From a virus (lineage: Duplodnaviria > Caudoviricetes): DNA of 44,202 nt. Position numbers and translations under genes: made by a program. The notes below the pieces were generated by a model. It worked only from the letters and a program-made list of their open reading frames with translations, ran no database searches and was not told where the DNA came from. The stretch is from the IMG/VR virus record IMGVR_UViG_3300026196_000014, positions 1 through 44,202 of that record. One strand, given 5' to 3'. Below, one piece after another: positions 41,332 to 44,202 of this stretch. The stretch's first letter is position 1, and each line of letters opens with the position of its first letter.

Positions 41332-44202
41332 GTTGGTTCTCTGGTGAGCACACGATCTACGGCAAGATGGGTGGCGACGAAGCCATGTTCCAGCGGTACG
41401 GCCAGCTGCGTGCGCTCGCCAAGACCAAGGACAAACACGACCAGGGGCTGATCCCAGACGCCGTTGAGAACGCATTCTACAAGACTGTCGACTATGTGTC
41501 TCGTCCTCTCTACGCAGTGACTGGGTTCGCTGACACGATGCTCGGCAGCGGCAAGCCGGGAGAGTACGCACTCGGCCGGGTATGGCGCGAGATCATCGGC
41601 CAGGGTGACCGTGAAACTTGGAGCCAGCTCCTCGAGCAGAACGGTGTCGGCGAGCTGGGTCATCTCCACGACATCGTCCCAGGCTGGAAGAACACATGGA
41701 TCGGTGCCCGCTTTGATCCCAGCTTTCGTTCGGTGGCCGGCTTCGCCCTGGATCTTGCAAGCGATCCTCTCAACTGGATCATGCCTGGCGCCTGGGGGGC
41801 GGCCTCTGTGTACACTCGTGAGGGCACCCTCGAGTACCTGACCGAGACTGGGCGCAAGCTGTTGGCCGAGAACCAACAGGCGCTTCTCAAGGAGTGGGCT
41901 GGCCGTGTGGGAGCCGACCTGGCCAAAGAGGGCCCCATGGCCACAATGGTCAAGATCGGCAAGAGCGGAGAGTTCTCCGAATTCATCGGGCGCAACTCCC
42001 ACATGCTCTCACAGAGCGACGACCTGATCCACCTCAAGACGGCTGGCCTCCTGCAACGCGAGGCTGGCTACCGGCTGGTGGAGGCAGCACCAGAAGGCGC
42101 GTTCCTCAAGCGCGGTGCAAGCTGGAAGCCCTTGTTCGGGGCGCTTGGAATCAGTGTGCCTGTCAAGTTGGACGTGGCACTGAGCGATGGAATGCGGAGG
42201 GCCTTGCACGTGCTCGATGGCAGTTTGCCACAATCGGGGCGTGCGCGGGCGGTAGTCGAGGGCGGCAGGGCCCTCCGTGATGACATCTACAAGATCTTCA
42301 ATCGCGTCCCCTACTTGGCAAACGTACTCCCTGGCTACAAGAAACGGGCCGCCGAGAACTGGATGCGCTTGCAGTCCAGCGAGGCCCTGGCCAACGAGAT
42401 GGCCGGGCACATCCTCGGCGACAAGATCGTGCGCAACATGTCACTCCGGCGGAACCGCCCACTGTGGGAGGCGTTCGCCCGGGCGGTCGAGGACAACAGT
42501 GAAGAGGGCCTGGCCCGCACCGCCTGGTTTGCGCAGGCCAAGGCAGCTGGTATTGACAACGCCGACAAGATCTTGGACAACTGGCACAAGGCGGCCGACT
42601 CGATGGGCGCGGTCGAGATGATGTACCAGCTCCTCGACAAGGGCCGCTTCAAGAAGTGGAAGGGGCGGTACTTCCCACGCACCGGCGACTTCGCCAAGGG
42701 CGAGCTCGATCGTGTCCGCCACATGTTCCCCCAACGGGGCACCTTCACCGGACCGTCACTCGGCAAGTACGCCGAGGCCCGTGGTGTGGAAACTTGGGAC
42801 GACTACGTCAAGACCATGGAGCGTGCCGGCCTCGGTAACCGTGTGGTCACTGACCCCTACGAGGTCATGCGCCGCCGGTTCCATGGGCATTACCAGGCGA
42901 TGATCGACCTCGACTTCACCGAGGATCTCTCCAGCATGTTCGGCCCTGGCAACTCGGCTGAGGTGCGGCAGATCCGTACTCTCCTTGCCTCTGCGTCCAA
43001 GGCTGCCGCCGAGAACCCAGACGAGGCCCTGAAGATCCACGACCTGCTTCGGGTACACAAGACCTCCAACTGGGAAGGCGCCGACGCTGCCCGTAAGCTG
43101 GACCAAACCATTCGCGGGGCTCCTATCGACCTCAAGGCCTACAAGAGGATGCTCAGTGAGTACGCGACAGAGGATGACGTCTACCGCACCGTGGCGGAGG
43201 GCGCCCGTGAGCGCGACGACCTTGTGCGTGAAGTAGGCGACATCATGGACCGGTTTGAGGAGACGATGGACCGGTGGCATGGCAAGGATGCCCAGGCTGT
43301 TGAGCTGGAGCTCATGGAGCGCGGCCTGCTCCATGAGGAACTCCCGGCCAGCATGTCGCCCCTGGAGCGAACCTCGGGTATGTGGGACAACGCCATGCGC
43401 CTCATCGAGGAGGCACAGATAAAGACCACCCACCCAAAGGTCGAGCAGTTCCGGGCCGAGCTCGAACGCCAGTTGACTGACCTGACCCAGCATGTCCACG
43501 GCAGCATGTGGGACGACGACTTCGAGAACCTCGTGGCACATGCTATGCAACCTCTCGATGATTTGCATAATACTGCCAAGAGCTGGAAGGAAGACACAGC
43601 TGAGCGTGTCCTTGCTGAGGGCAGAATCAAAGAGGCAATCAATCGTGCGAAGGAACTCGATGCAATGATTGCCAAGGGAGTTCCCGAAGATGCACTGCAG
43701 GGGGACATCCTTGCTGCAGTACGTGTGAACTCGCCTGAGAAGACGGTGGCCGCCGGCTCAATGGCCGAGCTGCATACCTCGATCCGTGACGCCATCATGT
43801 CTTATGAGAACGACTTTGCGCATCTCAGAAAGAACGGCATGCTGGACGTCGAGGTTGCACTCAACAAGGCCACCCAGCGTGTCCAGCACGCCATTGGTGT
43901 AACGATGGAACGCGCCGATGAGTGGCGGCAGTATGACCCTGCGTATGTGAAGTGGCTCGCGGAGAACATGCCCAGCCTGGCCAAGAACTTCGAGCGTGTG
44001 TTCAGCAGAGGCGACTTCAGTGACGTGCCCAACTCCATCTACCCGTTCGCCGGACGGTGGCTCGAGACTACAGGTGCCGAGTCTGAGGCAGCCCAAGCAC
44101 TGGACAAGCTCAGTGAGTACATGGGGAAGACGCTCGACCGCATCGACGACCTCCCGGACCTCCAGGGCATGGACCGCCTGGATGCGCTGGCAGACATCGG
44201 AA
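41328..44202 (+). CDS. N-terminal part of the ~1737-aa internal virion protein (continues into 49..2469)
   Basis: GTGA overlap with the upstream stop, GGAG RBS; MSWFSGEHTIYG...GFALDLASDPLNWI; in frame with ATG 44121 inside the terminal repeat; absent from the ORF track, consistent with no stop before the window end. Confidence 0.85.
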   Translation, partial: MSWFSGEHTIYGKMGGDEAMFQRYGQLRALAKTKDKHDQGLIPDAVENAFYKTVDYVSRPLYAVTGFADTMLGSGKPGEYALGRVWREIIGQGDRETWSQLLEQNGVGELGHLHDIVPGWKNTWIGARFDPSFRSVAGFALDLASDPLNWIMPGAWGAASVYTREGTLEYLTETGRKLLAENQQALLKEWAGRVGADLAKEGPMATMVKIGKSGEFSEFIGRNSHMLSQSDDLIHLKTAGLLQREAGYRLVEAAPEGAFLKRGASWKPLFGALGISVPVKLDVALSDGMRRALHVLDGSLPQSGRARAVVEGGRALRDDIYKIFNRVPYLANVLPGYKKRAAENWMRLQSSEALANEMAGHILGDKIVRNMSLRRNRPLWEAFARAVEDNSEEGLARTAWFAQAKAAGIDNADKILDNWHKAADSMGAVEMMYQLLDKGRFKKWKGRYFPRTGDFAKGELDRVRHMFPQRGTFTGPSLGKYAEARGVETWDDYVKTMERAGLGNRVVTDPYEVMRRRFHGHYQAMIDLDFTEDLSSMFGPGNSAEVRQIRTLLASASKAAAENPDEALKIHDLLRVHKTSNWEGADAARKLDQTIRGAPIDLKAYKRMLSEYATEDDVYRTVAEGARERDDLVREVGDIMDRFEETMDRWHGKDAQAVELELMERGLLHEELPASMSPLERTSGMWDNAMRLIEEAQIKTTHPKVEQFRAELERQLTDLTQHVHGSMWDDDFENLVAHAMQPLDDLHNTAKSWKEDTAERVLAEGRIKEAINRAKELDAMIAKGVPEDALQGDILAAVRVNSPEKTVAAGSMAELHTSIRDAIMSYENDFAHLRKNGMLDVEVALNKATQRVQHAIGVTMERADEWRQYDPAYVKWLAENMPSLAKNFERVFSRGDFSDVPNSIYPFAGRWLETTGAESEAAQALDKLSEYMGKTLDRIDDLPDLQGMDRLDALADIG
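44077..44202. repeat. Terminal direct repeat, right copy (126 bp)
   Basis: Identical to 5..130. Confidence 0.95.

Noticed and set aside
1-44202. Alternative genetic code or temperate lifestyle
   Set aside because: TAA, TAG and TGA all end well-packed genes; no integrase, repressor or partition genes recognised

Overview
The window is an apparently complete, circularly permuted genome (~44.07 kb after removing a 126-bp terminal overlap, 5..130 = 44077..44202) of a GC-rich tailed phage with podovirus-like gene content. I see no RNA polymerase, integrase, repressor, tRNA or CRISPR array. Two divergent arms start at a control region at ~25.8-26.6 kb. The rightward arm runs groES, terminase small/large, portal, scaffold, major capsid, adaptor, tail fibre, nozzle and three internal virion proteins: one with a lambda-type lysozyme domain, and one of 1737 aa that crosses the contig ends and was missed by the ORF track. 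It continues with two small membrane genes, three signal-peptide proteins (two with putative glycoside-hydrolase barrels) and a DnaQ-like exonuclease. The leftward arm has many small early genes, including a six-member paralogous family, then GP88, a RepA-like helicase, a Cas4-like nuclease, a Sak4-like ATPase, a probable SSB and a UDG-PolA fusion. The most unusual observations are: (1) a Sec-exported module resembling a head-spike base plus two glycosidase fibres that share an N-terminal docking-like motif; (2) a circularly permuted Sak4-like ATPase with its Walker A at the C-terminus; (3) a 15-bp-periodic array of GGAC-N-GTCC palindromes next to the packaging genes; (4) a hairpin cluster upstream of a helicase with no recognisable primase; (5) an early-gene paralogue expansion with a repeated leader. 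All family calls are motif recognition by eye; no searches were run.
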